Source: an uncultured Spirochaetota bacterium
Lineage (GTDB): Bacteria > Spirochaetota > Brevinematia > Brevinematales > JAOACQ01
Length of the DNA stretch: 64,000 bases
Reading direction: 5' to 3'
Assembly (NCBI GenBank): GCA_963783575.1
Contig: CAWAOD010000003.1
Span: 64,001-128,000 of the forward strand
Shown here: positions 32,159 to 42,704 of the stretch, in pieces
How positions within the stretch are numbered: position 1 is the stretch's first letter
How the letters are laid out: each line of letters begins with the position of its first letter
Program-made: the position numbers and the translations under genes
Notes under the pieces: generated by a model
Seen by the model: the letters and a program-made list of their open reading frames with translations, nothing else
What the model was told of the DNA's origin: nothing
The model's database searches: none

Positions 32159-33286
32159 ATGACCAGGATAAATTTGAGCGTAAAGATAAAATGGTTTATA
32201 TTTTTAATCGTATTTCTTTTTAGCAGCTATTCATTTAATTTTGCACGCACGGAACCAATAGAACAAATCAGGGATATGTCGAGTGACATAAATGCCTTTT
32301 ATTTTCCTTCTCTCGGTTTGGGATCATTGCCCTATTTTGACAACTTTTCGATCACGGGAAATTGGATAAACCTTTTTCCAAAAGGTAATAACCTGAATTT
32401 CTATTACGGCTATAATCATTCTGTTGCGAACAGTGTAATTCTGCCGTCAGACCAGGCTGAATTGATAAATTACCAGTATACTCCGCAAAGCCTGGACAAT
32501 ATGTTCGGGTCTGTCAATTTCGCATTTCTGGATTATTTCCAGCTTAGTAGCCGCGTTGACTATACTGTAAACAGGGTTGTGGCTGAAAACGCATTCCGGG
32601 ATTACAATTACAACATGACAAGTTATACATTCAATTTTATTTACGATTGGCGTTATTCTTCCCTGGAAACCTGGTACAAGGGTATGGTTTTCATTTATCC
32701 GGAAGAGGGATTTTATATCTCGCTTGGCAGCAGTTACAACCAGGTACAGAATTCCATAACAATGGGTAATGATAATTTCACTAAAGTTAACGGTGAAGTC
32801 CAGCAATTATTTCATTTTATGAATTTCTGGACGCTTTCCTTTGACCTTTCCTGTGATGCACATTTACAACCATCACCCAACCGGGCATATTATACACTGA
32901 CGAAAGTAGTTGGCACATACCAGATTCCCGGTGACTATATGGCAGATGGAGCGGTCGAACTACGATTTCTCCATCCCTCCGGGTTATTCTGGGAATCGCC
33001 TGAATTCTGGTATATCGCGAGTTTTCTTTTCAAATTCTCACCGGGATTCATCCTGGGTTATAACGGGGGGCTGGCTGGCCGTTACGGCTTAGGAAAGCCG
33101 GAATACCTTCAGTCGTTTTTTATATCGCCCATTGTGGCCGTGAGGGTTTCGGGAAGCCTTGTATCAGTTCTTCGCCTGGACATTGCATTTGGTTCCAGTA
33201 AGACATACAATTATGTTGTTTCGCTGAATTTCGGCTTAGCAATCGGGCAGAAACCCGTACCCGTATTTCAACAGGGAGAGAGGTAA
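32159..33286 (+). CDS. Predicted outer-membrane beta-barrel, Omp85/BamA-barrel-like, without POTRA domains
   Basis: Signal peptide, aromatic-rich alternating strands, YDWR...PEEG, VELRF, LRLDIAFG, LNFG. Confidence 0.5.
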   Translation: MTRINLSVKIKWFIFLIVFLFSSYSFNFARTEPIEQIRDMSSDINAFYFPSLGLGSLPYFDNFSITGNWINLFPKGNNLNFYYGYNHSVANSVILPSDQAELINYQYTPQSLDNMFGSVNFAFLDYFQLSSRVDYTVNRVVAENAFRDYNYNMTSYTFNFIYDWRYSSLETWYKGMVFIYPEEGFYISLGSSYNQVQNSITMGNDNFTKVNGEVQQLFHFMNFWTLSFDLSCDAHLQPSPNRAYYTLTKVVGTYQIPGDYMADGAVELRFLHPSGLFWESPEFWYIASFLFKFSPGFILGYNGGLAGRYGLGKPEYLQSFFISPIVAVRVSGSLVSVLRLDIAFGSSKTYNYVVSLNFGLAIGQKPVPVFQQGER

Positions 33287-33289
33287 TGA

Positions 33290-34168
33290 ATGAAGAATTT
33301 TATAATCTGCTTAATGCTGATTCTCATCCGGTCAGCCCTCTTTAGCTATACTCTTGATGAATTCAATTCGGATGCGGATAAACTTCTTAATCTTCAAAAC
33401 CGGATGATAAAGGGTGCTATACCGGCATATATGACGGTCAAAGTAAACCATCCGGTTCTATCGATGGAGAATAGCATAGGGTTTTCAGGAGAACTGTCTT
33501 ACGGAGGGGTATTAGCTCCGTCTTTCATTTATAACAACAGCCTTAATAATATCTTTAATAATTCCGGGAATATCTTCCCCGTGAATGGAGAATATCTTCC
33601 CATCTTGCAGCTTACCGGCAATATGGCCCTGCCGGCTAATTTTTACTCTACTGTCGGCATTGCGTACTTTCCGGAAATGATCGCTTTCGGGGCGGACCGG
33701 ACGGCTTTCAAGTGCGGCTTAAATATTTATTACCGCATCCTGCCCGACAAGTTCACTGCTGCCGGAATGCTTGCAGGCGGCGGCATCTCCTACGCAGGAG
33801 GCGCTGTAAATCATCCACTCGATCTTTCATACGGCAACACGGTTTTCAAAGGCAATTTGAAAAACCAATTTGGTTACACTGGTTTAAACGCAGAAATCTT
33901 TGTTCATAAAACCTTCTTTATTATCAACTGGTACGGCAGATTGAATTATGTTTATACCATTGGGGAGACAGTAAGCTCTATATCCGGCAGTTTTACATCC
34001 AACCCTTCCTTTTCTTCCAGCCTGCGGGACAATTCCTCGGGGCAGGGGCTTGTCATTTACGCCGGGATGGAAATTATCCTGGGATTTGTTAAAGTAAACG
34101 CCGAGGGAGGAAGGGACCTTATTTCTGGTAATTTAACAGGTAATATCGGGCTTAGCTTCGGAATGTGA
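33290..34168 (+). CDS. Predicted outer-membrane beta-barrel protein
   Basis: Signal peptide, Gly/aromatic amphipathic strands, ends GNIGLSFGM. Confidence 0.55.
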   Translation: MKNFIICLMLILIRSALFSYTLDEFNSDADKLLNLQNRMIKGAIPAYMTVKVNHPVLSMENSIGFSGELSYGGVLAPSFIYNNSLNNIFNNSGNIFPVNGEYLPILQLTGNMALPANFYSTVGIAYFPEMIAFGADRTAFKCGLNIYYRILPDKFTAAGMLAGGGISYAGGAVNHPLDLSYGNTVFKGNLKNQFGYTGLNAEIFVHKTFFIINWYGRLNYVYTIGETVSSISGSFTSNPSFSSSLRDNSSGQGLVIYAGMEIILGFVKVNAEGGRDLISGNLTGNIGLSFGM

Positions 34169-34197
34169 TTTCAATTGAAAGATTATTTTAGTCCATT

Positions 34198-35343
34198 TCA
34201 GCTTCTAGTTTCAATCGGTATATATTTAAGGTCTATCGGCCCTTTATAAAGCGATTCGGGCCTGAAAATCCTATTGTCTTTTCTCTGCTCGAGAATATGC
34301 GCCAGCCATCCGGGTGCCCTCGCCGCCGCAAATATCGGTGTGAATAAATAATCAGGAATTCCTAAAAGCGAATAAACGGAGCCGGAAAAGAAATCAACGT
34401 TAGGATAGATCGGCTTTCCCTTAGAATCCATATATTTCCTGACAATGTCGTTAATTTTAACAAGCATTTTGTAATATTTATCATCCTTCTTTTTTTCAAC
34501 AAGCTCTTCAAGAAGACGCTTCATTATAACTGCCCTCGGATCCATAGCTTTGTATTCGCGATGCCCCATTCCCATAATCTTTTCTTTATCGGCCAGGGCT
34601 TTATTCACCCAGTTTTCAACATTCTCAATCGAACCGATATCTTTGAGCATTGTTAAAACCTGCTCATTCGCTCCGCCATGTAGCGGACCCCGCAATGCGC
34701 CGATCGCCGCGGAAATACTTGCATAGCAAGTTGATATTGTGGAAGCCACAACCCTTGCCGTGAATGTTGATGCGTTAAACTCATGCTCCGCGTGCAGCAG
34801 AAAGCAGGTATCCATAATTTTCCCTTCGTATTCTTCCGGCTTTTCTCCCCGGAGCATATAAAGAAAATTCGCGCCATGGCTTAAAGAATCATCGGGTTCT
34901 ACATAGCTTTTGCCTTCCTTAAACCTCTGGTAAGCGGCTATAACTGTTGCAAGCTGGGCTACCTGATGAAGCGTGGTCTGGCAGTTACATTTTGCCGAAT
35001 GTTCAATAACATGCTCTACATATCCGCTCAAATACGACATAACCGACTGAAGGAGCTCCATCGGCTTTCCCTTTGGAGGGAAGTTCTTTATCATTTCAAG
35101 AATCTGAGGAGCCAGTTTCCTGCTTTTACGAATATTGGAGGTAAATTCCTTGAGTTCATTGTGATTGGGGAGTTTTTCAAAAATTAGCAGGTAAGTCACC
35201 TCCTCAAAAGAAGACTTTTCTGCCAGTTCGTCGATAGGATAGCCCCTGTAATATAATTTCCCTTCAAGGCCGTTAATCTTGCAGATTGTGGTTTCACCAG
35301 CAATAACCCCTTCAAGTCCCTTGGAATATGTTGAATCCGGCAT
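34198..35343 (-). CDS. gltA: Citrate synthase / 2-methylcitrate synthase
   Basis: KGLEGV, LHAEHEFNAST, GPLHGGAN, MGMGHR, YPNVDF. Confidence 0.92.
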   Translation of the reverse strand: MPDSTYSKGLEGVIAGETTICKINGLEGKLYYRGYPIDELAEKSSFEEVTYLLIFEKLPNHNELKEFTSNIRKSRKLAPQILEMIKNFPPKGKPMELLQSVMSYLSGYVEHVIEHSAKCNCQTTLHQVAQLATVIAAYQRFKEGKSYVEPDDSLSHGANFLYMLRGEKPEEYEGKIMDTCFLLHAEHEFNASTFTARVVASTISTCYASISAAIGALRGPLHGGANEQVLTMLKDIGSIENVENWVNKALADKEKIMGMGHREYKAMDPRAVIMKRLLEELVEKKKDDKYYKMLVKINDIVRKYMDSKGKPIYPNVDFFSGSVYSLLGIPDYLFTPIFAAARAPGWLAHILEQRKDNRIFRPESLYKGPIDLKYIPIETRS

Positions 35344-35356
35344 AGACTCCTCCTGT

Positions 35357-36256
35357 CTACTTTATAAAAGTACCGTTTTGATATTCTTCAAAAGCAATAT
35401 TAAGTTCTTCTTCCGTATTCATAACAATCGGCCCATACCAGGCAATAGGTTCTTTAAGCGGTCTTCCGGAGATCAATAAAAATCTGACCGGTTTATCCGA
35501 AGTATAGATTTCGATCTCGTCGCCTTTGTCAAAAATAACCAGATGTTCATTTTCGATATTAATCTTTTTTTCAAAATCAAAATATCTTGGGCTTTCAACT
35601 TTGTGCTTTTCATCAATTTTATCGTCAAAGCAGGCCGATCCATCGATAACATAGGCGAAGACCGTATGCTCTTTGTCTGTATTATGCCTGAAAACTGATT
35701 TTGAAGGTATAGTAACATCAAGATATTCCGGTTCAATTACAATATCCCTCACAGGCCCTTTTATCCCGTTAAACTCACCGCAAATTATTTTTACAAGGGC
35801 GCCTTCATTTGTTGTAATTGCAGGAATTTGTTTATTTTTTACATCCCTGTATTTCGGATCTGTCATTTTATATTTTGCCGGAAGATTCGCCCACAACTGG
35901 AATCCTCCCATTAAGCCGTTTTTATCTCCTTTGGGCATTTCCTGGTGGATTATCCCGCTGCCTGCCGTCATCCACTGAACATCGCCGGGATATATCACCC
36001 CTTTGTTTTTCATACTGTCTCCATGCTCGACTTCACCATTCAGCATATATGTAATAGTTTCAATACCGCGGTGAGGATGCCATGGAAAACCCGGAAGATA
36101 GCGGTCGGGATCATTTGAGCGGAAATCATCCAGCAGCAAAAATGGATCAAGCAACGCGGCTTCATAATAACCGAAAGCCCTTTTTAAATACACACCGGCT
36201 CCCTCGAACGTCGGTTTGCTCTTTAAAATTTTCGACACTCTTCTGATCTCCGGCAT
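35357..36256 (-). CDS. Pirin family protein
   Basis: DPFLLLD, FPWHPHRGIETITY, WMTAGSGIIHQE, QLWANLP, YGPIVMN; RBS before the ATG at 36256. Confidence 0.95.
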   Translation of the reverse strand: MPEIRRVSKILKSKPTFEGAGVYLKRAFGYYEAALLDPFLLLDDFRSNDPDRYLPGFPWHPHRGIETITYMLNGEVEHGDSMKNKGVIYPGDVQWMTAGSGIIHQEMPKGDKNGLMGGFQLWANLPAKYKMTDPKYRDVKNKQIPAITTNEGALVKIICGEFNGIKGPVRDIVIEPEYLDVTIPSKSVFRHNTDKEHTVFAYVIDGSACFDDKIDEKHKVESPRYFDFEKKINIENEHLVIFDKGDEIEIYTSDKPVRFLLISGRPLKEPIAWYGPIVMNTEEELNIAFEEYQNGTFIK

Positions 36257-36267
36257 ATTACACCTCC

Positions 36268-37701
36268 TCAACCTTTCATTTTCGGCAGTGAATGGATCGA
36301 CCAACCATCAGCATCCATCGCAGCTTCTTTGACAACCTCCGATAATGACGGATGGGCATGAATTGTTCTCGCAACATCCTCCGCATTACCGTTAAATTCC
36401 ATTACCGTAACAATCTCACAGATAAGTTCGGACGAATTCGGCCCTATGATCTGCGCTCCCAACAGCCGACCGGTTCCGGAATCCGAATATATTTTTACAA
36501 ACCCATCTGAATTTTCACCGGCTAAAGCCCTTCCATTAGCCCTGAACTGAAAAGTCCCTGTTTTAAAAGCCAAACCGGTTTTAAGAAGCTCGGTTTCGCC
36601 TTTGCCGACAGCCGCATATTCAGGCCAGGTATAGACAACCGACGGGATGGCGTCATAATTGACTGTTCCAAAGCCTTTCGCTATTATTTCCGCGGCGGCA
36701 ATACCTTCTTCGCTGGCTTTGTGCGCAAGCATCGGCCCGTTTACGATGTCACCAATCGCATAGATATTGGAAACCGAAGTCCTGTAATTTTTATCAATCT
36801 CTATCCGCCCGGTTTGCGGATCGATCCGGATCCCGGCTTCTTCCAATCCCAGTCCTTTGATTTGAGGTTTCCGCCCAGCCGCCACAAGGACTTTATCGCA
36901 GAATAATAAGCTTTCGTTATTGTTTTTATCTTTAACAAGCAATTTTATTTTATCATTTTCAATATCAGCTGACTTCACCATTGAGGATAGCCTGAAATTT
37001 AGGTCCTGTTTATTTAAAATCTGCGCAAGCCTGCCGCAGATTTTCTCATCCGATTGAGGCAGAATCTGATCCATCATTTCAATAATTGTTACATCCGAGC
37101 CAAGCCTGTTCCAAATGCTCCCGATTTCAAGCCCGATAGCGCCAGCGCCGATAACCGCGAGTTTCCCGGGAACTTCCGAAAAAGACAGAGCCGAGGTTGA
37201 ATCCACGATATTTTCCCCATCGAACGGAAGGCCCGGAATTTCGGCCGGAACACTGCCGGCTGCAAGAATAATATTCGAGCTTTCAATTTCTTTTATTGTT
37301 CCATCCGGTTTTTCTATTTCGATTAAATGATTGTTTTTTAATTTTCCGAAGCCATTATAAGTTTCCACTTTATTGTTTTTCAATAAAACATCAACTCCGC
37401 CTGTCATCTTTGCGATAATTTGCTCTTTTCTTTCCATCATCCTCTTCAGATCGAAATGAATAGAACCCTCATCGATCATAATCCCATGATTTGAAAATTT
37501 ATTTTTAGCGGCGGCGAACAATTCCGTTGAGTCCAGAAGGGCTTTAGACGGAATACAGCCGACATTCAGGCATGTTCCCCCGAATGTCCTGTCTTTTTCT
37601 ATTACTGCGGTCCTTAAGCCAAGCTGGGCACAGCGTATTGCGGCGACATAACCGCCCGGACCGCTGCCGATAATTGCGGCATCGTATTTCATAACCGGCA
37701 T
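36268..37701 (-). CDS. lpdA: Dihydrolipoyl dehydrogenase (E3)
   Basis: GSGPGG, GGTCLNVGCIPSK, GAGAIG, HAHPSLSE. Confidence 0.97.
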   Translation of the reverse strand: MPVMKYDAAIIGSGPGGYVAAIRCAQLGLRTAVIEKDRTFGGTCLNVGCIPSKALLDSTELFAAAKNKFSNHGIMIDEGSIHFDLKRMMERKEQIIAKMTGGVDVLLKNNKVETYNGFGKLKNNHLIEIEKPDGTIKEIESSNIILAAGSVPAEIPGLPFDGENIVDSTSALSFSEVPGKLAVIGAGAIGLEIGSIWNRLGSDVTIIEMMDQILPQSDEKICGRLAQILNKQDLNFRLSSMVKSADIENDKIKLLVKDKNNNESLLFCDKVLVAAGRKPQIKGLGLEEAGIRIDPQTGRIEIDKNYRTSVSNIYAIGDIVNGPMLAHKASEEGIAAAEIIAKGFGTVNYDAIPSVVYTWPEYAAVGKGETELLKTGLAFKTGTFQFRANGRALAGENSDGFVKIYSDSGTGRLLGAQIIGPNSSELICEIVTVMEFNGNAEDVARTIHAHPSLSEVVKEAAMDADGWSIHSLPKMKG

Positions 37702-37726
37702 TCTAATTTCCTCCTTTCGTGATAGA

Positions 37727-37746
37727 CAAGGGACTTAAGCCCCTTG
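37727..37746. repeat. REP-like palindrome
   Basis: CAAGGGACTTAAGCCCCTTG; same CAAG...CTTG 20-mer geometry as the palindromes at the RAYT gene. Confidence 0.55.
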
Positions 37747-37769
37747 CTTTGCCCCTTGCTCACCATCAG

Positions 37770-38930
37770 CTATAGTTCAATCAATAAGCTTTCGGGATCC
37801 TCAATGTATTTTTTTATGCTCATCAAAAACAGTACGGCGTCCCTGCCGTCTATCACCCTGTGATCGTAAGTAAGGGCAACGTACATTATCGGTTTTATTT
37901 CGATTTTTCCATCAACCACATACGGCCTGTCCTTTATGGCATGCATACCCAAAATTGCAGTCTGCGGATAACTTGGGATCGGCGTCGACATCATTGAACC
38001 GAAAAGGCCGCCGTTAGTAATTGTAAATGTCCCGTCCTTGAGATCATCAAGGGTAATTTTTTTATTCCTGGCTTTTTCAGCCAGTTCATTGATTTTTAGT
38101 TCAATCCGGGCAAAAGACAACTTATCTGCACCTTTTATAACAGGAACTATAAGGCCTTCATCCACCGAAACTGCCACGCCGATATTATAATAATGATTAT
38201 AAACTATCTCATCACCCCTGACCATAGTATTCACATCGGCAAATTCCTTCAATGCCTGGCAGCTTGCTTTAACAAAAAACGACATAAAACCCAGCTTGAT
38301 GGAATATTTTTTTAAGAAATCATCCTTATACTTTGAACGTATATTAATGACCTGTTCCATATTTATTTCATTGAAAGTCGTAAGATGTGCCGCTTCCTGC
38401 CTTGACTGCATAAGATTTCTGGCTATTGCGCGCCTCAATGGAGACATCTTGACAACGGTTTGTTTTTTATCATCTCCGGTGATATTCAGTTTATTCAGAA
38501 CATCCTCATTAGTTATTCTTCCATCCTTACCGGTGCCTTCGATTTCCTTCAGGGATAAATCATTCTCTACGGCGATCCTTCTCACGGAAGGTGATGTTTT
38601 CATAATTTCTTCCATTTTATTTTCTACCGGCTTCACAGGTTTCTCTTCGGCCGGTTGTTCGGCGATTTCCGGTTTACCGGTTTCTTCCGCTTTAAACTCA
38701 GAATCAATATATGCCACAAGCTGTCCTATGGCGACTTCCTCCCCCTCGGCAGTCAAAATTTCAATTTTACCTGAAGCCGGTGAAGGAACATCTACATTCA
38801 CCTTGTCCGTTTCCATCTCGAAGATGGATTCGCCTTCCTTTACAATTTCGCCGTTATTTTTAATCCATTTAGTCAAAATTCCGCTGACAATCGATTCGCC
38901 GACGGATGGAACTTTTACTTCAACTTTCAT
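37770..38930 (-). CDS. sucB: 2-oxoglutarate dehydrogenase E2 (dihydrolipoamide succinyltransferase)
   Basis: VGES, ETDKV lipoyl site, GTGKDGRIT, LGFMSFF, YDHRVIDG. Confidence 0.95.
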   Translation of the reverse strand: MKVEVKVPSVGESIVSGILTKWIKNNGEIVKEGESIFEMETDKVNVDVPSPASGKIEILTAEGEEVAIGQLVAYIDSEFKAEETGKPEIAEQPAEEKPVKPVENKMEEIMKTSPSVRRIAVENDLSLKEIEGTGKDGRITNEDVLNKLNITGDDKKQTVVKMSPLRRAIARNLMQSRQEAAHLTTFNEINMEQVINIRSKYKDDFLKKYSIKLGFMSFFVKASCQALKEFADVNTMVRGDEIVYNHYYNIGVAVSVDEGLIVPVIKGADKLSFARIELKINELAEKARNKKITLDDLKDGTFTITNGGLFGSMMSTPIPSYPQTAILGMHAIKDRPYVVDGKIEIKPIMYVALTYDHRVIDGRDAVLFLMSIKKYIEDPESLLIEL

Positions 38931-38950
38931 AACCGGCTCCTTTTTGTATA

Positions 38951-38975
38951 CTCCCCTCCTAATTTAGGAGGGGGC
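38951..38975. repeat. REP-like GC-rich hairpin
   Basis: CTCCCCTCCTAA-T-TTAGGAGGGGG between sucA and sucB; a similar hairpin lies near 45882-45903. Confidence 0.5.
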
Positions 38976-38987
38976 GGGGGTGGTCTA

Positions 38988-41753
38988 TTATTTCAATGCT
39001 TCGTTCAGTATATTGCCCTGCTCGATTTTAAAAAGCGCAAGAGACCCTGTCGAGGGGCTGGCGCTTGGGTTCCTGCCTATATATCCCGGTTTTATATTAA
39101 ATAGATTTTCAAACCGGTTTTTGATAAATGTCCAGGCACCCCGGTTTTGAGGCTCTTCCTGAACCCAGTATTTTTCCATGGCATTTTTATATTTTGAAAG
39201 AATATTTCCCGTTTCTTTTTCAGGAAACGGGTAAAGCTGTTCCACCCTTATAATTGCAATATTTGTTTTTTTCAACTCCTCTCTTTTTAACAGCAGATCA
39301 TAATAGATTTTCCCGGTGCAGAATAACAATTTTGTTACATCATTTTTATTCATAACATCATCAATAACAAACTGAAATTGTCCTTTTACAAGCTCATCTT
39401 TCGTTGAGACCGCAAGTGGGTGGCGCAGAAGGCTTTTGGGAGTAAAAATGATCAAAGGTTTTTCAATCTTCAGCTTTGCCTGCCTTCTCAACAGGCAGAA
39501 ATACTGCGCCGGGGTTGTCACATTGCAGACCTGGATATTTTCCTGGGCAGCCAGATGCAAAAACCGTTCCATATGAGCGTTGGAATGTTCCGGGCCCTGG
39601 CCTTCATAACCATGAGGCAGGAGAAGCACAACACCGCTTCTGATATTCCATTTGACTTCGGAAGCTATTATATAATTATCAATGATTACCTGCGCTCCGT
39701 TTGAAAAATCCCCGAACTGCGCTTCCCATATAACCAGCCGGTCCGGGCAGGATATTGAGTAGCCGAATTCGAAGCCTAAGATCGAGTATTCGGACAGAGG
39801 ACTGTCGTAAACCGAGATTTGAGACTGGTCTTGATTTAAATGATTGAGCGGAATGTAAAACTTAGGCTCATCCACCCCGATTTCCCACCATACAAGGTGC
39901 CTCTGCGAAAAAGTGCCCCTTTCGCTGTCCTGGCCGCTCAGCCTTACTCCATGACCTTCCAGAAGCAATGACCCAAGGGCTAACGATTCGGCAAACGCCC
40001 AATCGACCTTCCCGTTTGAATTGAAGTTTTTAATCCTGGTTTCGAGAATACGTTCCAGTTTATCATGAATTTTAAAATTCTCAGGAATAGTATTAATTTT
40101 CCCGGCCATATCCATTATTATTTTTTCTTCAAGTCCTACATCTTTTTTCAACATCGCTTCCTCATCAAAATACCCGATCTTATGCGGAGTAAAGCCTTCG
40201 AATCCCTTGAAACTTTTATCTTTATGCATTTTATCAAAAGAATCTTTCAATTCTTTGCCGATATTTTCCTTCAGCTTATCCGCAGCTTCCTTTTGAATAA
40301 TGCCATTCTGCAGACAAAACTCCAGATAAATCCCGGTGACACTTTTATGGTTTTTAATGATTTCATACATCCGGGGATGAGTGAAGGAAGGATCGTCGCC
40401 TTCATTATGGCCGTATTTTCTGTAACATATTATGTCGATAACTATATCTTTTTTAAAAGTCTGCCTGTATTCAATCGCAAGTTTCATCATTCTGACGGCG
40501 GCTTCAGGATCGTCGCCGTTTACATGCAGGACAGGTATGGAAAATGCCTTGGCAATGTCCGTTGCAAAACCGCTTGAATGCTCATTCCTGGATGAAGTCG
40601 TAAAACCGACCTGGTTATTGATTATAATATGGATTGTGCCTCCGGTTGTATATCCTTCCAATCCGGACAAATTCAAGGTTTCCGCCACAACGCCCTGGCC
40701 GGAAAAAGCCGCCTCTCCATGCAGGAGAACCGGTATAACTTCATCGACTGATATTTTTTCCTGGATTCCTCTTGCCCGCCCCAGGGCAACCGAATCAACC
40801 GATTCCAGGTGGCTTGCGTTCGGCGGAAGCGTAACCCTTACGCCGCTGCCGTCCGGATGGGAATGGTCCATTGTATAACCGATATGATACTTGACATCTC
40901 CGCCTCCGTCTGTCATTTCCGGATCAAAGTTTTCCTCAAACAGGTAAAATATATCCTCAGGCGGAAGCTGTAAAATAAGATTAAGGATTGTAAGCCTTCC
41001 CCTGTGTGTTGTCCCTATCACTATTTCCTTTACATTGATCTCAACTGATTTATTTACAAGGTAATGAAGACAGGGAATAACGGACTCGGACCCTTCGATT
41101 GAAAATCTCTTCTGCCCGATATAATTTTTCTGCAGAAAATGCTCGAATTCCTCGGTTTTTATTAGATCTTCCAGGATTATCTTTTTCTCATCCGCTGTCG
41201 GATTAAATTTTTCCCTTTGTTTTTCAAGATTTTGTATGAACCATTTCCTAATCTCTTTATTCTGTATATGCAGAAACTCTGCGCCGATGGATGAACAATA
41301 AATCTTTGAATAAGCTTCTATAATTTCTTTTAAAGATCTTTTTTCATAGTTAAAAATGGGCCCGCCGTAATAAAGCTTTTTTAAATCGTCCGGAGACAGC
41401 TCAAAATCCTCAGCATTTAATTTTTCAAATATGCCTTTCCTTATCAGTGGCAGATTAGTATAATGTTCCTGGTAATCCTTTCCGAGTGGATTAAGTTCGG
41501 CATATATGTATCCGATATCCCTGAAAGCCCAGATGAGGCTGTCCACCCTGCCCTGTTTCCTGATTTCATCATTAAAGCCCGGTATTGTTTCATCAAGCTG
41601 AACGGCTTCATTTTCAAGCATCGGTTCATATTTATATTCGGTTTGCGTTTTGACAGGCGGTCGGTTTTCAGCTTCCTGTCGAATTTTCTCCGGCATTGGC
41701 GGCTCAAAATCCTGAAATATTTTTTCAAGATATTTAATACTGTTATTTATCAT
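38988..41753 (-). CDS. sucA: 2-oxoglutarate dehydrogenase E1
   Basis: GQKRFSIEG, HRGRL, GDVKYH, NNQVGFTT, GHNEGD, RGTFSQRH, WEAQFGDF, GQGPEHS. Confidence 0.97.
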   Translation of the reverse strand: MINNSIKYLEKIFQDFEPPMPEKIRQEAENRPPVKTQTEYKYEPMLENEAVQLDETIPGFNDEIRKQGRVDSLIWAFRDIGYIYAELNPLGKDYQEHYTNLPLIRKGIFEKLNAEDFELSPDDLKKLYYGGPIFNYEKRSLKEIIEAYSKIYCSSIGAEFLHIQNKEIRKWFIQNLEKQREKFNPTADEKKIILEDLIKTEEFEHFLQKNYIGQKRFSIEGSESVIPCLHYLVNKSVEINVKEIVIGTTHRGRLTILNLILQLPPEDIFYLFEENFDPEMTDGGGDVKYHIGYTMDHSHPDGSGVRVTLPPNASHLESVDSVALGRARGIQEKISVDEVIPVLLHGEAAFSGQGVVAETLNLSGLEGYTTGGTIHIIINNQVGFTTSSRNEHSSGFATDIAKAFSIPVLHVNGDDPEAAVRMMKLAIEYRQTFKKDIVIDIICYRKYGHNEGDDPSFTHPRMYEIIKNHKSVTGIYLEFCLQNGIIQKEAADKLKENIGKELKDSFDKMHKDKSFKGFEGFTPHKIGYFDEEAMLKKDVGLEEKIIMDMAGKINTIPENFKIHDKLERILETRIKNFNSNGKVDWAFAESLALGSLLLEGHGVRLSGQDSERGTFSQRHLVWWEIGVDEPKFYIPLNHLNQDQSQISVYDSPLSEYSILGFEFGYSISCPDRLVIWEAQFGDFSNGAQVIIDNYIIASEVKWNIRSGVVLLLPHGYEGQGPEHSNAHMERFLHLAAQENIQVCNVTTPAQYFCLLRRQAKLKIEKPLIIFTPKSLLRHPLAVSTKDELVKGQFQFVIDDVMNKNDVTKLLFCTGKIYYDLLLKREELKKTNIAIIRVEQLYPFPEKETGNILSKYKNAMEKYWVQEEPQNRGAWTFIKNRFENLFNIKPGYIGRNPSASPSTGSLALFKIEQGNILNEALK

Positions 41754-41756
41754 AAT

Positions 41757-42629
41757 TCACCTTCCGAGCATTTCAAGCATGATATCGGGTATTTCATCCG
41801 GCCTGTCCGCCACCGGGACTCCGGCATTCTTAAAAGCCTCAATTTTGGCTTCGGCCGTGCCCGATCCGCCGGAAATAATAGCCCCTGCATGCCCCATTTT
41901 TTTGCCCTTAGGGGCTGTTCTGCCAGAAATAAAAGAAACCGCTTTTTTCATAAAATTATTTTTTATCCAGAGAGCGGTTTTTTCCTCTTCATCGCCGCCG
42001 ATTTCACCGATAATCACAACTCCATCCGTTTCAGGATCGGTGTTGAATTTTTCAAGCAGGCCGATAAATCCGGTACCGACAACAGGATCGCCACCGATGC
42101 CGATGCAGGTTGACTGCCCGAGTCCTTTTTGAGTAAGGTTATAAACTACTTCATAAGTTAGAGTCCCGCTCCTTGAAATCACGCCGATATTCCCTTTTTT
42201 ATGGATCTTGCCCGGCATAATGCCGATTTTACATTTATCAGGAGTAATAAGTCCCGGACAATTCGGTCCGATGAGAGTCGAATTCATTCTTTTAATACAA
42301 TCGTAATTTTCCAGCATCTCAAGCACCGGTATTCCCTCCGTTATGCAGACTATTAATTTGATTCCATTTTCGGCTGCTTCTTTAATAGCGGCGGAAGCAA
42401 ACCTCGCGGGAACAAAAATTATCGAGGCATCGGCATCGATTCCATTTTTCGCTTCTTTAACGGAGTTAAAAACAGGGACCGATTCAACAAACTGCCCGCC
42501 TTTACCGGGTGTAACGCCTCCAACTACCTTTGTTCCGTATTCCATCATCAGTTTAGTATGAAAGCTGCCGTCCCTCCCGGTTATCCCCTGAACAATAACC
42601 TTTGTGCTTTCATCAATCAAAATACTCAT
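41757..42629 (-). CDS. sucD: Succinyl-CoA synthetase alpha subunit
   Basis: [33 protein letters not shown]. Confidence 0.97.
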   Translation of the reverse strand: MSILIDESTKVIVQGITGRDGSFHTKLMMEYGTKVVGGVTPGKGGQFVESVPVFNSVKEAKNGIDADASIIFVPARFASAAIKEAAENGIKLIVCITEGIPVLEMLENYDCIKRMNSTLIGPNCPGLITPDKCKIGIMPGKIHKKGNIGVISRSGTLTYEVVYNLTQKGLGQSTCIGIGGDPVVGTGFIGLLEKFNTDPETDGVVIIGEIGGDEEEKTALWIKNNFMKKAVSFISGRTAPKGKKMGHAGAIISGGSGTAEAKIEAFKNAGVPVADRPDEIPDIMLEMLGR

Positions 42630-42704
42630 ATTAACCTCGATATTTGTTATAATCAGTCCATTGCCATAGGCCATAAACAAATCAGGGATCAGGCATCATG
42701 CTTG

